Source: Raillietiella orientalis (Eukaryota). Taken from it: a DNA stretch of 64,000 nt. Positions 24,701 to 35,657 of this stretch are shown piece by piece. The stretch lies in the NCBI GenBank assembly GCA_036172245.1, contig JAYWIR010000010.1, positions 2,790,001 to 2,854,000 on the forward strand, read 5' to 3'. Made by a program: the position numbers and the translations under genes. Position 1 is the first letter of the stretch; each line of letters starts with the position of its first letter. A model generated the notes under the pieces. It did not search any database and had not been told where the DNA came from. It saw nothing but the letters and a program-made list of their open reading frames with translations.

Positions 24701-27700
24701 CTTGCCAGCAGCTTCCCTCAGCAGCTAACAGTCTGGATGGCTCGCATCTATCTTCCACAACTCCCTCCCTTCTTTTCCTTGGAAAGAGAATTGTTCGGCG
24801 GCAACCGCGGGTGTCTTCCTGGCCGAAGAGGTGCTGTGATGAAGAGAAGCTCCGGGTCTGGATGAAACGAAGATGTTCCGCCTCTGGCTGTCGACCTGAG
24901 CTAGCAGTGCCGTCACCACACGGACATCTCTCAAAGAAGGCAGCCTGGTAGCGTGATCGCCCGAAGGTCATTCTCGGGCACATCCACTGGGCCACTGGAG
25001 TCAACGAGAGGAAGATGAAGAGCATCGGAATCCTAAGATGATGACCTCTTTCCCTTCTTCCTTCTCCACCTTCAGCATCACCATCTCGTTTTTTTCTCCT
25101 GCCCACTCTATCCCTCTTCCCTTTCCTCTCCTCCTACCTCCCGTGGACTTCGCGCGCAGGAGAGATTCCTGCTGTCTTTCCAAAAAAAAACAGGTCTCAG
25201 GAGATGTACCCTTCTCTGCCTCTCCCTCTCGCCCTCGACGGATCCAGGGAGCAGCTACAAGAGCGACTCTGGAGGACTTGCCCTCCCCAAGAGCACACCT
25301 TACTCCTGTTGCCCTTGCGGACCCATGTGGGCTGGTACAGCAGGCTGGTCGCGTGTACCAGCGTTCAAGCGCACCCAACGACCCCCTGATTCCCTCCTCC
25401 CACCCATGACATCTCGGCGGAAACGCGATAGGACATAAGAAACGAGCGGGAGGAGACAATAAGGATGCTTTTCAGGTCCCTTTTTTTTTGGAGGGGGGGG
25501 AGTCAGAAAAATCTGTCGAGTGCCACCCCAACCCCAATTCCCTCCCCTTCCTCCCATGTGCGAGCTAGTGCGATCTCCGCCTCACCTTGAGACGCGACAG
25601 GCCAGATAGGTCCGGCAGCTGGCGAATGTTGTTGGAATGCATCCTGCAGATCACGAGGGACTTGGCTTGGGAGAGGGAATCCGGGACGGCCGTGAGCCTG
25701 TTCCCAGAGACGTTGAGTTCCTCCAGGTACTCGAGTCCTGAAAACAGGCTGAAGGAAAGCCACCCCGTCCTCTGGGGGAGGCTCGATGCGACCCGACCTC
25801 TCCGGGAGAAAGTAGATGTCGTTGTGAGCCATTTGAAGGCACCTTAGACGGGACAGGCCCTTCAGCTGGAGGACCGACAAGTCCGAGAGGTGGTTGGCTG
25901 TCAGGAACAACTGCTCCAGACTCTTCTCCCCATCTGTCAAGCTCGGCAGCGACGTCAGATGGTTGCCGGTGGCATTCAGGATGCGCAGCCTGCAAGTGGC
26001 AGCGCATTGGTTTCTATTTTCGGTCCCACGAGACGCAAGCTCTTGCGTTCCCCCTACCCCACCTTCTGCAGTTCTGAAATAGTTCCGGAGGGAGCTCTAC
26101 GAGAAGATTCCCGCTGAGGCACAGGACCTCTAAGGAGCTGCCTTTGGCCACCCTGCCCAGAAGTTTCAGCCTGTTGTGGCTCAGGCGTGCAATCTTCAGA
26201 CTGGGGTTCGAGAAGACGTTGGGCACGACCTCGGAGAGATGGTTGTGGTTGGCCTCCACGTGCTCCAGGAGGTGCGCCTCCTCCAGCCACGCGGGGAAGC
26301 GAGAGAAGCGGTTGCTAGAACACGGGAAGGCAAACCAGTGGGCGGTCCCTTGAAGCATCTCGGGGCGCCGCCTCACCTCGTCACGTAGAGAGCCAGGAGC
26401 TTCCTGGGAGGGTGCGCTGCCTGCACGTCGTCCAGAACTGGGTGGTGAAAAAGAAGGATTTTGACGAGAAACCAGAAGTGGAAAGAGAAGAAGCTGCCTA
26501 CCGTTCCGGGAAGCAGCTAGTATTTGCAGGGAAGAACCAGGCACCAGGAGCGTCTCCAGCTCGTTGTCGCAGCACCAAAGGAAGCGGAGGTTTTCCAGCT
26601 GATGGACGTCGAGGACTTTGATCTTGTTGCCGCTCACATCCAGAGAAGTGAGGCTCTGGAGCAGAGAGGTGGGTGGTCAGAGAGAGGAAAAGGAGAGAGG
26701 TTTTTCGCCTGCTTGGTTCTCCCTCTGAGCCCTCGAGGAAGTTGCCTGAGAGGAACCTTTTGGTTCGCCTCAGGCACTTTCCTGGAAGTATCTCCGGCCT
26801 CCTCCAGGCGGCGGAAAAATGAAGCAGCACGACGAATCGGAAACTGCGCGGAACTCAGAAACCATAGGAACTACCACTGGCTCCTCTCTCCTTGTTCCTT
26901 TTCCTTGACTGCAGTGGTCCAGAGGATGTGCTCGAGGATGACTCTTGGGTGATAACGCTACCCGGCTGCCTTCTCTGAGAGATGACAGCTTGGTAATTCG
27001 GCGCTACTTTCTCAGGCCGACCTCCGGAGGAGCTTCGTTTCACCTAGCTACGGAGCTTCTGCTCTTCATCGCAGCACCTCTCTGGTAGTCTTCCGCACAG
27101 GAAAATGCCCGCGGTTGCCAAGCAACGATGGCAGCGATGGCATTTCGCTCGCTGCAGTTTAAGGCACAGAGACAGTTCCCTGACGACTCCGGGAACAGCC
27201 AAGATCGAACAGGAAGCCCTTGAGAAAGAACGGCAGGCAGGGGATCTCGGAAGGATTCGAGTGCACGCGCCATCACACGGAATCTTACGGCGTAGATGAG
27301 CCTGAAAGGATGTGATCATGGAAAGCGAACGAGGTGCGAACACATCCGGGCTGGACAGGATGCGAGGAAATTTACTTTTGGACCGCGACGCTACGTCATG
27401 CAGGAAGGAGACGAAGCCCCCGTTGGGGGTCGCGTAGCTTGGGCCTCCGCGCGTGGTATCAATCGTTGAGGGTTCGAATCCCCACGTGGGGGATCGACGC
27501 CAGAGAAACCGGTGCATCGTGGGTTTCGAGTCCTTCTGGCAAGATGACGCTGGTTGGTCTACTCGAGTGCCCTTGTTGACTGGCCGGGATTGGGAGTTGA
27601 CCTTCTGGGGTCCTTCCAGAACATCAAGTAGACAGTTCCCTTCGGGGTTCCCCTCCGGTTGCGCATTTGGAGCCGTACCATCGCGTACCATGGAACTGGT

Positions 27701-30700
27701 TGATGGCCTCCTCGGAGGTTGCCTCTCCAACGTGTTAAGAAATGCTGTTTCCTTCGGGGAGAGCCCTTCAGAGATAAATCGGGAAGCGTCCCTTCGAGGT
27801 TCTCTTCAGAGGAGGAAACAAGGAGCGGTTCCCTTGCAGGTTCCCTCAGGAGATAACGAGGGCGAGAGTTCCTTTCGGGGTTCCCTCCCAAGTGTAAGAG
27901 AAAAGAAATCCTTCCTCCGGAGCCGTCCTGGATTCATAGGGTGGTCCCCTCTCCTATAACTTGAAGGGTAACATGCACTCTTGGCTGGTGCGTGGGTAGT
28001 GCTGAAGAACTTCATGAACCCCCGCAAGGAAGCGAACGGTCCTTGAGTACTTAGCGAACCAAAGAAAAAAAAAAAGGCAAAGATGGTTCATCATCTGTGA
28101 TGATGTCTATGCTGACTTCGATCACGTGCAGTCAGTCGAAAGCACAAGGCAAGGTGCACCGCCAATGACTGTTAGGAACGAATAGTAGCATAGTAAGCAC
28201 ATGCACTCCCGTTAAAATATATTGAATGTTCGAATATCAGATATTTTCTCTAATTAAAGATTTTGCTTCCTTCTTTCTTTTTGTTACGTAATGTGCTTTA
28301 ATAGCGTTGGATTGAGGACGCATTCTCGAGCAGAAGAACCATGACTGTACTAACAATGAGGGAAGATGACAAAAACACTTCAAAACGAGGAGTGTTTGAA
28401 TGTTAAGTGTTTCTTCTGGCCCACTCTGCTCTGCAATCCATGCGAAAATCAAAATTTGCTGAGAGGTGAAACACTACCTTGCCTTTTTCCCAACCTTCTT
28501 AACGACCGTAATTTCCCAGGATTGGGGCTGCCTTTGAACTGAACCGAATAGTTTTGGTACTGGTTTGGCCCAAATAAACGGGCCCCACTGAACACAGGCA
28601 AACTTAAACTAGGGCAACCATCCGTTAGACATAAACACACCTTGTTCTTGTTACAGTCGAACACCCAGTCTACATAAAGGTAGCAGTCGTGGCAGCTATA
28701 AAAAAGATCAGGTTGTTTACGTATCCTCAAAACAAATGCATAACCAATATTCGCATCGCAGTTATTCGCCATCACTTGACTACAACAATGTACTCTAAAT
28801 ATAGCACACGCATCTGCAGCCATCTTTCGGAGAAACCGCCACTTATCGCCACTTCGAAACCATCCTCATCCTGAACGTTAGGCTATTAGTTTCAATAGTT
28901 ATTAATGAATTTTTTTTCCTTCTCTGTTTAGCTCTTCTTGAGGTCACCAGAAGCATACAGATCCTCATCGAGTCCCTAATCAAGGTATAACAAAAATGAG
29001 CAACGCGTCTAGCATTCTTCGCCTTTTTGGGGGGGGATGGGGGGGGGAGGTCCTTCTTCTCGTAATTGAACGAGCTAGATTGGATCTCCTCCAATGAGAG
29101 AAAAAAGTAAGCGCTGAATTCGAGAGCAGTCGAGCACCTGCGACACTTCGAGTTTAGAAAGTAGACGTTAACGACCATTAACGAAAAAGAGATCCTCTCT
29201 CACGCTCTTCACTTTTGTGCTTGAGATTACGTGGGATGATATTCTTCATCTGCACCACCTGCTGATGCCACCGCCACTGTCGTTCTCGGTGAACCTCAGC
29301 TTACCAAAACAACCGCAACAGCAGAAAGATCCCAGGCGATTGCGGCTGGGATCTTTCCGCGGTTTCGAATCGACGGAAGCGCTCGCTGCTGGCGTCTCCG
29401 AAAACGGAAGACACCCGAAAAGCGACTGTGGAGAGAGGGTAGGACTTGTGCGCCTCCGGGACGGTTCGGACCACCTCCGAAAGCGTCGCGGAGAGGCTCA
29501 TGGCAAGCTGCAGGAAATGCGAAGAGAGGACCGCTCAAAGACAGAGAAGGCCATTCTTCTAACCGGGAGCAGGTGAACTGATGTCCTCACGTTCTATAGG
29601 CAACCTGGCCAGCAGCTTACCAAAGGAAAATGCTGCTAACAGAACAGCAACGTTCGATAAGGATCTCAGCAGAGGACGAGCTGCTTACACAACCTTCTTC
29701 CGCTTCTCACTGAGCACGGAAAGAAAGCAGTAATTTGCTTTTAATGACGCGCCAAGGCAAACTCGAACGTCCGTTATCATTGCGAAAACACTCACGACAA
29801 GGCAACGAGCACCATCTCTTTTCCGATCTCGAAAGTAAGCCTTCGGTAATTACGTGGGAGAACAGCAGAACATCGGGGGTGGGTAATCCGTCTTTCTTAC
29901 AGACGGTGGTAGAAAAGGACATTCAAGCGGGGAACGCTCACTCTTCCAGCCTGCGAACGCACACCGGCCGAGGATCAGCCCACCCCAACCGATCCCTGAG
30001 GCTCGGAGTCCATCCCCGAGAGGAAGCTGGGAACGCATCCTTCCCAGCACGCTTCCATTTCCGGAAAGAGCGCCTCGGAAAAGCGCGGCGATCAGGTTCC
30101 CGGATCGCGATCCCGAATTTCGGCATGGGCTTCTCCAGAGGATATCCTGAGGAACCGGCATCGCACCCCCCTCTGACGACCCACCCCTCATGGCGTTCTG
30201 CCACCGCTCGCTCGTACCCGTGGGACTCCTTCCCCCTCTAGCGATGCCGCGTCGAGCAGGTCGAGACCTACGGGGACGGCCTCCAGCTCGCTGTTTTCGC
30301 CTTTCCTGCGCGAATCTTCCGAAGGTTCGGGCTTGCTGCTCCGGCGCTCAAGTGTTTACGGGGAAAGAACGGTGTGGGCGTGGCTCGCAGGCGCGAGAGA
30401 GCCACTCACGTCCTTCGGCTTTCGTTTCCTGTTGTGTGCCCTGTGGCCGCGTTTTCAGTGAGAGGAACAATCCGTCGGCAGGGGCGACGGCGGCGAGCGG
30501 ATGGAGCGATCCGGCGGCGGGTGCTTTCGGAACGTCGCAAGAATGTTCGAGAAGCGACCGCTGCCGTCCCTGCTCGCGGGTCGGCAGGGTTTCGGGCGAA
30601 TCGGGGAGGAGGGAGGGCAGGACGCTTGAGCGCGCGGTCGCGAGGGTGAGAGACGCTCTGGAAGCTGGCTGTTTCGAGACGGGGTAGGTGGCCGGAGGCC

Positions 30701-33700
30701 ACGCGGACCTAGGCCTTCTTTTCCTCACGGAACGGGAAGACGCGACGGTGCTTCGGATCGCGAGGGAAAAGGGAAATGACTCGAGGTCTGGGAGGGTCGA
30801 GGCGGCAGCGCGTTATGGGGATCCGGATAAGTCCCCCTCCCTCCCATCCCCTGGGCACGGTAGTGGTCGCTTCCCGTCCGTCCCGTCCGGAGAAACCGAA
30901 AGGAGCGCCGTTTCTCTCCCGTCCTTGCTCTCCCCCTCCCCTCCTCCTCCGGCGTCGGCGGCCGGACCGCTGCGGTCCCCTCACGTGGCATCAAGCGTTG
31001 CGGATTTGGATCCCCACATGGAGGATCGACGCCAGAGCAAATGGGGGTGCGCCGTGGGCTTAGAGTCCTCCCCGCAAGATGACGCTGGTTGGACTGTTCG
31101 GGTTCTGCACCGGAGGAAGCCGAAAACCACCGGATGCCCCGTTGACTGCCCGGCATTTCGAGCAGACCCTTTCTCGAGGTCCTTCCAGGAATCAAGGATT
31201 CGGTTCCCCTCCGGTTGAGAACGGAGCCGCACCATCACGTACCATGGAGCTGGTTGATGGCCCCCTCGGAGGTTGCCTCTCCAGAGTGTTAAGGAGCTCG
31301 CTGCTCCCTTCAGGGAGCGCCCTTCAGAGAGAAATCGGGAAGCGTCCCTTCGGGGTTGTCCTCAAAGGAGGGAACAGGGAGTGGTTCCCTTGCGGGTTCC
31401 TTCGGAATCCTTCCTGGATTCACAGGGTGGTTCCTCCGGGGTCACCCCCTAACCTGGAGAGTCTCACACGCACCCTCGAGCGGCCTGGACAGCGTCAAAG
31501 AGCTTCGTGAGCCCCTAGGCGAACGGTTCCCGGCAACCCTAGCGAGGCACAAAAGAGCCCGAAAGAATTCCCGTCGCCCAGGGCTCTTCCTCTCTGCCCC
31601 GCCCAAGCGCGGGTCCACCGGAAGGTTCCTCATGGGTGCGTCTCCCCCCCCCTTCCACTTTCCTGCCCTGAGGCTTGCTAGCGACCAGGCCCGGCCAGCA
31701 GCACGCTGGCTGCTTTCCGAGCAGACCTGCTGAATTTTCTGGACCGTCGCGCGGCCTGATGGAGTGGGCGTTCCCGGTTCCGGCAGGAGCGCGGTCCGTT
31801 CTCCCCGAGCGGAGACTCGAGGAAGGGGGCGCCCCGGGGGGAAGCTCGGAAGGGGGCGCCCCGGGGGGAAGCTCGGAAGGGGGCGAGGGGTCGGGGTGCA
31901 AGAAGCGGCGCGCGAAAGGGACGCGGCTGCACCTGCGCGCCCACGCGCGCTCCTCATGAGCACATCCCTCGGGGCTCCGCGGACACTCCGGGGAGCCGGA
32001 TTGTTCTCTTCCCCCCTCTCCTCCTCCTGCCCGAGAGGTCTTCTTTCCTGCCTCTCCCTCGAGGGATGCGTTCCACCCGGAAGCAAGCGCGGGTCTGCCC
32101 CGTGGATGTGGTTCCGGGGAGAACCCTAAGAACCGTCGGGCCAGCAGCGTCCCATCGATCGCATCCCGGTCTGCTCTCCCAGGCGCCATCCCTTTCCCCC
32201 ATCCCCACTTTCTGCTTCAAACGCTCGTTTGCAAAAAAGTTCGAGTTCCTACGAAGAGGAACGGCGCAGACGCCTCGCTCCTATCGTCCAGGAGTCCCAG
32301 AGGAATCGGGAGCGCGGCGCGCGCAGTAAGGGAAACCCCCTACTCACGGAGTAGGCGCGATGCTTCGTCAGGTAGGCGTCGCTGTCGGTAAGGCAGGCGG
32401 CGTCGCTCTTCCTCGGCACTAGTTCCCTTCCGGTCGCCCCAGCGGGGGGCAGAGCAACGGTTGCTATGGAGTTCCCGGAGAGAGCCTGGAAATCTGCTTC
32501 CTTGAAGATAGCCGAATTGCGGGCGCCACGGCTCACTTACAAGATGCTGCAGGTTCCTTAGAGCGAGCAGCTTCCCGCTCACGTCCACGAGGCTGTTACG
32601 ATCGAGAAACAGGCGGCAGAGTCTCTCCAGGCTATTTATAGAATCAGGAAGCGCCGACAGTTGATTGTTGCGAACGTCCAATACGGCGAGTCTAAAACGA
32701 CACACCTGCGTCATGGCGAAGAGGGTGTGCGGCCCGGACAGTTTTCTCTTTTCGCTTCTCAAAGCACTGAAGAACCGTTCGCCTAGGGGCGCACGAAGCT
32801 CTTTGGCGCTGTCCGGGGGTGCGTGTGAAACTCTTCAGGCTAGGGGCTGACCTGAGACGGGACCACCCTATGAATCCAGGAAGGCTCTGGGGGAAGGAGT
32901 CCGTTCCTCTCACGCATGGGAGGGACATCCAGGGGAACCTCTTCTTTATTTTCTCCGGAGGGACCTCCCGGTTTGTGGGAACCGCTTCTCGTTTCTTCTC
33001 CTCAAGGAGAATCCGGAAAGGATCCGCTCCCTCGTTTCCCCCTCTGAGGAGAAGCCCGAAGGGATGTTTCCGAATTTTCTGTGTAGGGTTGCTCCCGAAG
33101 GGAGCAGCGCGCTCCTTAACACTCTGGAGAGGCAACCTCCGAGGGGGCCATCAACCAGCTCCGTGGTACGTGATGGTGCGGCTCCGTTCTCAACAGGGGG
33201 GGAACCGAATCCTTGGGCATCCAGGCTTCCTCCGGTGCAGCACCCGGACAGTCCATGCTGCGGGGAGGATTCGAAACCCGCGGCGCACCCCCATTTGCTC
33301 TGGCGTCGATCCTTTATGTGGGGATTCGAATCCACAACGCTTGGCAGCGCTCGCGAAGACGGGGCCAACGCAGGTTTTCAAAGATCTCTGGCGCAACTCG
33401 TGAATGCTGGCAACCCGGGATGAAGAGTTCCGGAAAGCAATGGTGGGTCAACTTCATGGTGCTGAGGCGGCCTCCACGAGCGCATCCGGAAGCACCTTGC
33501 TTGGACCGCTTCCCGCAGACCGATCTCAGCATTTTGGTACGCATTTAAGCGCGGCAGGAAGCTCCCGCACGGTACGTAAGTCAACTTTGCTGTCAGTGGG
33601 ACGAAAAGGGCGCGGGCGCTCTCTGGAAGAATTTCGCAGCATCCGGCCCGAGATCCCCGTCTTTTGCTGCCTCCCTTCCTCAGTGAGGCCAACTTTCAGA

Positions 33701-35657
33701 GCACCCGATTATAAGACGTTTGATGATTTCCACGTCGAAAATCCGTGTCCGTGTGACCAGCTGGTCAGGAGCCGTGACATTTCATTGCCTGCCTCTCGGT
33801 GCCACTTTCTTCAGCCTCGTGCCATTCTCTTTCAACTTGGCATTTTCTGAAGAGGTTTGCAACATGGACCCGACCAATGATTGCTTATGAGGCAAATGCA
33901 AGAAAAATATTGATCCTCCGGTGACCACAAATACAATTTTAACCAGTGACCCTTCCCTCTTCGATTCGGCAATCAAGTTTACAAAAAAAGAAAAGAAAGG
34001 ATCGTTTCGCTTTGTACAACAAGGAACGGTCGAGGAACACACTCTCTGGTACGCTTGAGATCGAATATGTGTGTAAATAAACACATTTTGAACGCGACGA
34101 TTAAGCAAGAAATAAGGACTGCGAGCTTCCTCTAGCGGAAGAATTCTGAGAATTTCTTCAAGACTACTAGGGAACAGTGAAAGTGACTAACTTCAGTAGT
34201 TGGAACATGACCTTTGGCACGAATTGCATACACAAGTACAGAGGTACCTCGGTACTCGACGGTGTCGGAACTCGTCCAAGCCAGTACTCGTCGCATTTTG
34301 ACGAGAAAAAAATGTTTCGACACTCGGCGCATGCTCGGAACTCGACACCCCACTCATGATGAAACATCTTTCGTCTCATGGTAGCTCACGAAGAGTGCCC
34401 AACACTTCCATAGGATGCCTCCCAAATCGTTACTCTTTTTGTGCTTTCTGTGCGTTTGAAGCGATAATCGTAGGTCCTAAAATGGTTAAAAATGATAACA
34501 CGAAGCCTGGAAAGGAACTCTTTCGGTACTCGTCCCGAGTTACGGGACGGATTACCGACGAGTACCGAGGTACCACTATATATATGGATGCGTACATGCG
34601 CGCATATCCAAAAATTACTCGGCTCCTGATGAAGGATCGATGCGTGTGCTCTAGGGCAGCAGGAATTAGAAAGGAATCGAAAGATCGGCTACAAATTCCA
34701 AGACCAAGAGCAAGGCCGCTCGAGCGATCGGGCCGCCTGAAAAGTCCTAACGCAGGCTGAAGCTGCGAAATCTTCAACCGAGGAGAAATTGGTAAGCAAC
34801 AGCACGTACATGACAGCGCTCACTCAACAGGGAGCACTGTTCACTATCCTGGGTGGAAACGGTCCAGCTCTCGATCTCCATGCTGACTGCGTGCTGAACA
34901 AGCACCCAGAACGACTCGTTCGTCGGCGGAAGCAACCTTCGCGCTCACGCTGGCGTGAGTGCCGACTTTCTCTTTGAGGGTGCACGCAACGGTGGACTCC
35001 TGGAGGGCGAGCAGATTCGTTTCCAGTCAACACAGAAACAAGCAGGTTTTTCCAGAGGCGAGTCCTGCCAAGCTGGGCGTTTCCCGTCCTTCTTACTTAT
35101 CCGTGCTGGACCATCGCTGTTTGCCTGAAGACACTGTGAGCGAAAAGATGTGGATGCACACTTTCCATTCCGAAGCGGGTACGACAAGCGAAGAAGTCCC
35201 AAAGGGGCGCGACGTTGCCCACGCACGACCCAAGACGCAACTTTGAAAGAAGGAATTGCAATCTCGATATGAAAGAGGCCAAACCACAACCCAAGCAAAC
35301 TGTTGCGGCCTTGTCCGAACCAACACTCGTGTTTTTCTGTTTTTCACTCGTGGAGACATTAGAAGTATCTTACTTTTGAAGCTGGGAAATCTCTTCCGGT
35401 ATAACCTTGATGTTATTGTCACTTAAAATGACTCTTTCCAGATGACGCAACTGACACAGGATGATCGGGAATTCTTGAAGTCTGTTGAACGACAAGTTGA
35501 CTGTTTTCAAATGGACAAGCTTCTGAAGTTTGTTCGAGTCGTTCGTAAAGAAACCATTTGGCACCTGGAGACTGAAAGTGCAAACGGCTTCGTTGCACAG
35601 GGCACCTTCCGATTCGCAAGCTGACGGATCCACATACGTAGGCAGGTAGCTACAATC
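21739..35657 (-). CDS. PHLPP: PH domain and leucine-rich repeat protein phosphatase-like gene (LRR array plus PP2C domain); 5' and extreme 3' exons unresolved
   Basis: Phase-consistent GT-AG exons: 35657-35606 (tentative, PH-end WIRQ), 35564-35374, 32691-32541, 32485-32348, 26655-26502, 26437-26377, 26314-26063, 25989-25798, 25748-25586, 24389-24262, 24178-24074, 23704-23495, 23436-23110, 21996-21739. PHLPP-type motifs WTIGFSEAAG..RLCVAQLR, AMFD, VLCRGGKAV, DEFLLL..LWE and AAAKRVQDLARGYG. The C-terminal tail may run to about 20920. Confidence 0.88.
24790..25010 (+). repeat. Dispersed ~220-bp repeat, inverted partner of 26895-27125
   Basis: Blocks GGCAACCGCGGG, AGAGGTGCTG.GATGAAGAG, GAAGGCAGCC.GGTAGCGT and GCACATCC.CTGG.CCACTG match the reverse complement of 26895-27125. 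Confidence 0.8.
26895..27125 (-). repeat. Dispersed ~230-bp repeat, inverted partner of 24790-25010
   Basis: The same collinear blocks appear on the minus strand. Confidence 0.8.
27455..28075 (+). mobile_element. tRNA-derived SINE-like element, ~600 bp, with A-rich tail
   Basis: Pol III B-box GGTTCGAATCC at about 27472, a second B-box-like GTTTCGAGTCC at about 27523, a body shared with three other copies, and an end GCGAACGGT..AGCGAA followed by poly(A). Confidence 0.8.
30985..31535 (+). mobile_element. SINE-like element copy
   Basis: Long identical blocks with 32740-33345 (reverse) and 27455-28075, e.g. GAGCTGGTTGATGGCCCCCTCGGAGGTTGCCTCTCCAGAGTGTTAAGGAGC. Confidence 0.85.
31821..31884. repeat. 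27-bp GC-rich tandem duplication
   Basis: GGAAGGGGGCGCCCCGGGGGGAAGCTC repeated about 2.3 times. Confidence 0.85.
32740..33345 (-). mobile_element. SINE-like element copy, inverted relative to the other three
   Basis: Reverse complement of 30985-31535, with head GGATTCGAATCCCCAC and an A-rich end. Confidence 0.85.
34239..34578. mobile_element. Tc1/mariner (pogo/Tigger-like) MITE, 340 bp
   Basis: Terminal inverted repeats CAGAGGTACCTCGGTACTCGACGGT and ACCGACGAGTACCGAGGTACCACTA, TA on both sides (34237-38 and 34579-80), and internal repeated ACTCG motifs. Confidence 0.88.

Noticed and set aside
27420..27545. tRNA gene
   Set aside because: A B-box is present but I cannot fold a cloverleaf, and it is the head of a dispersed repeat.
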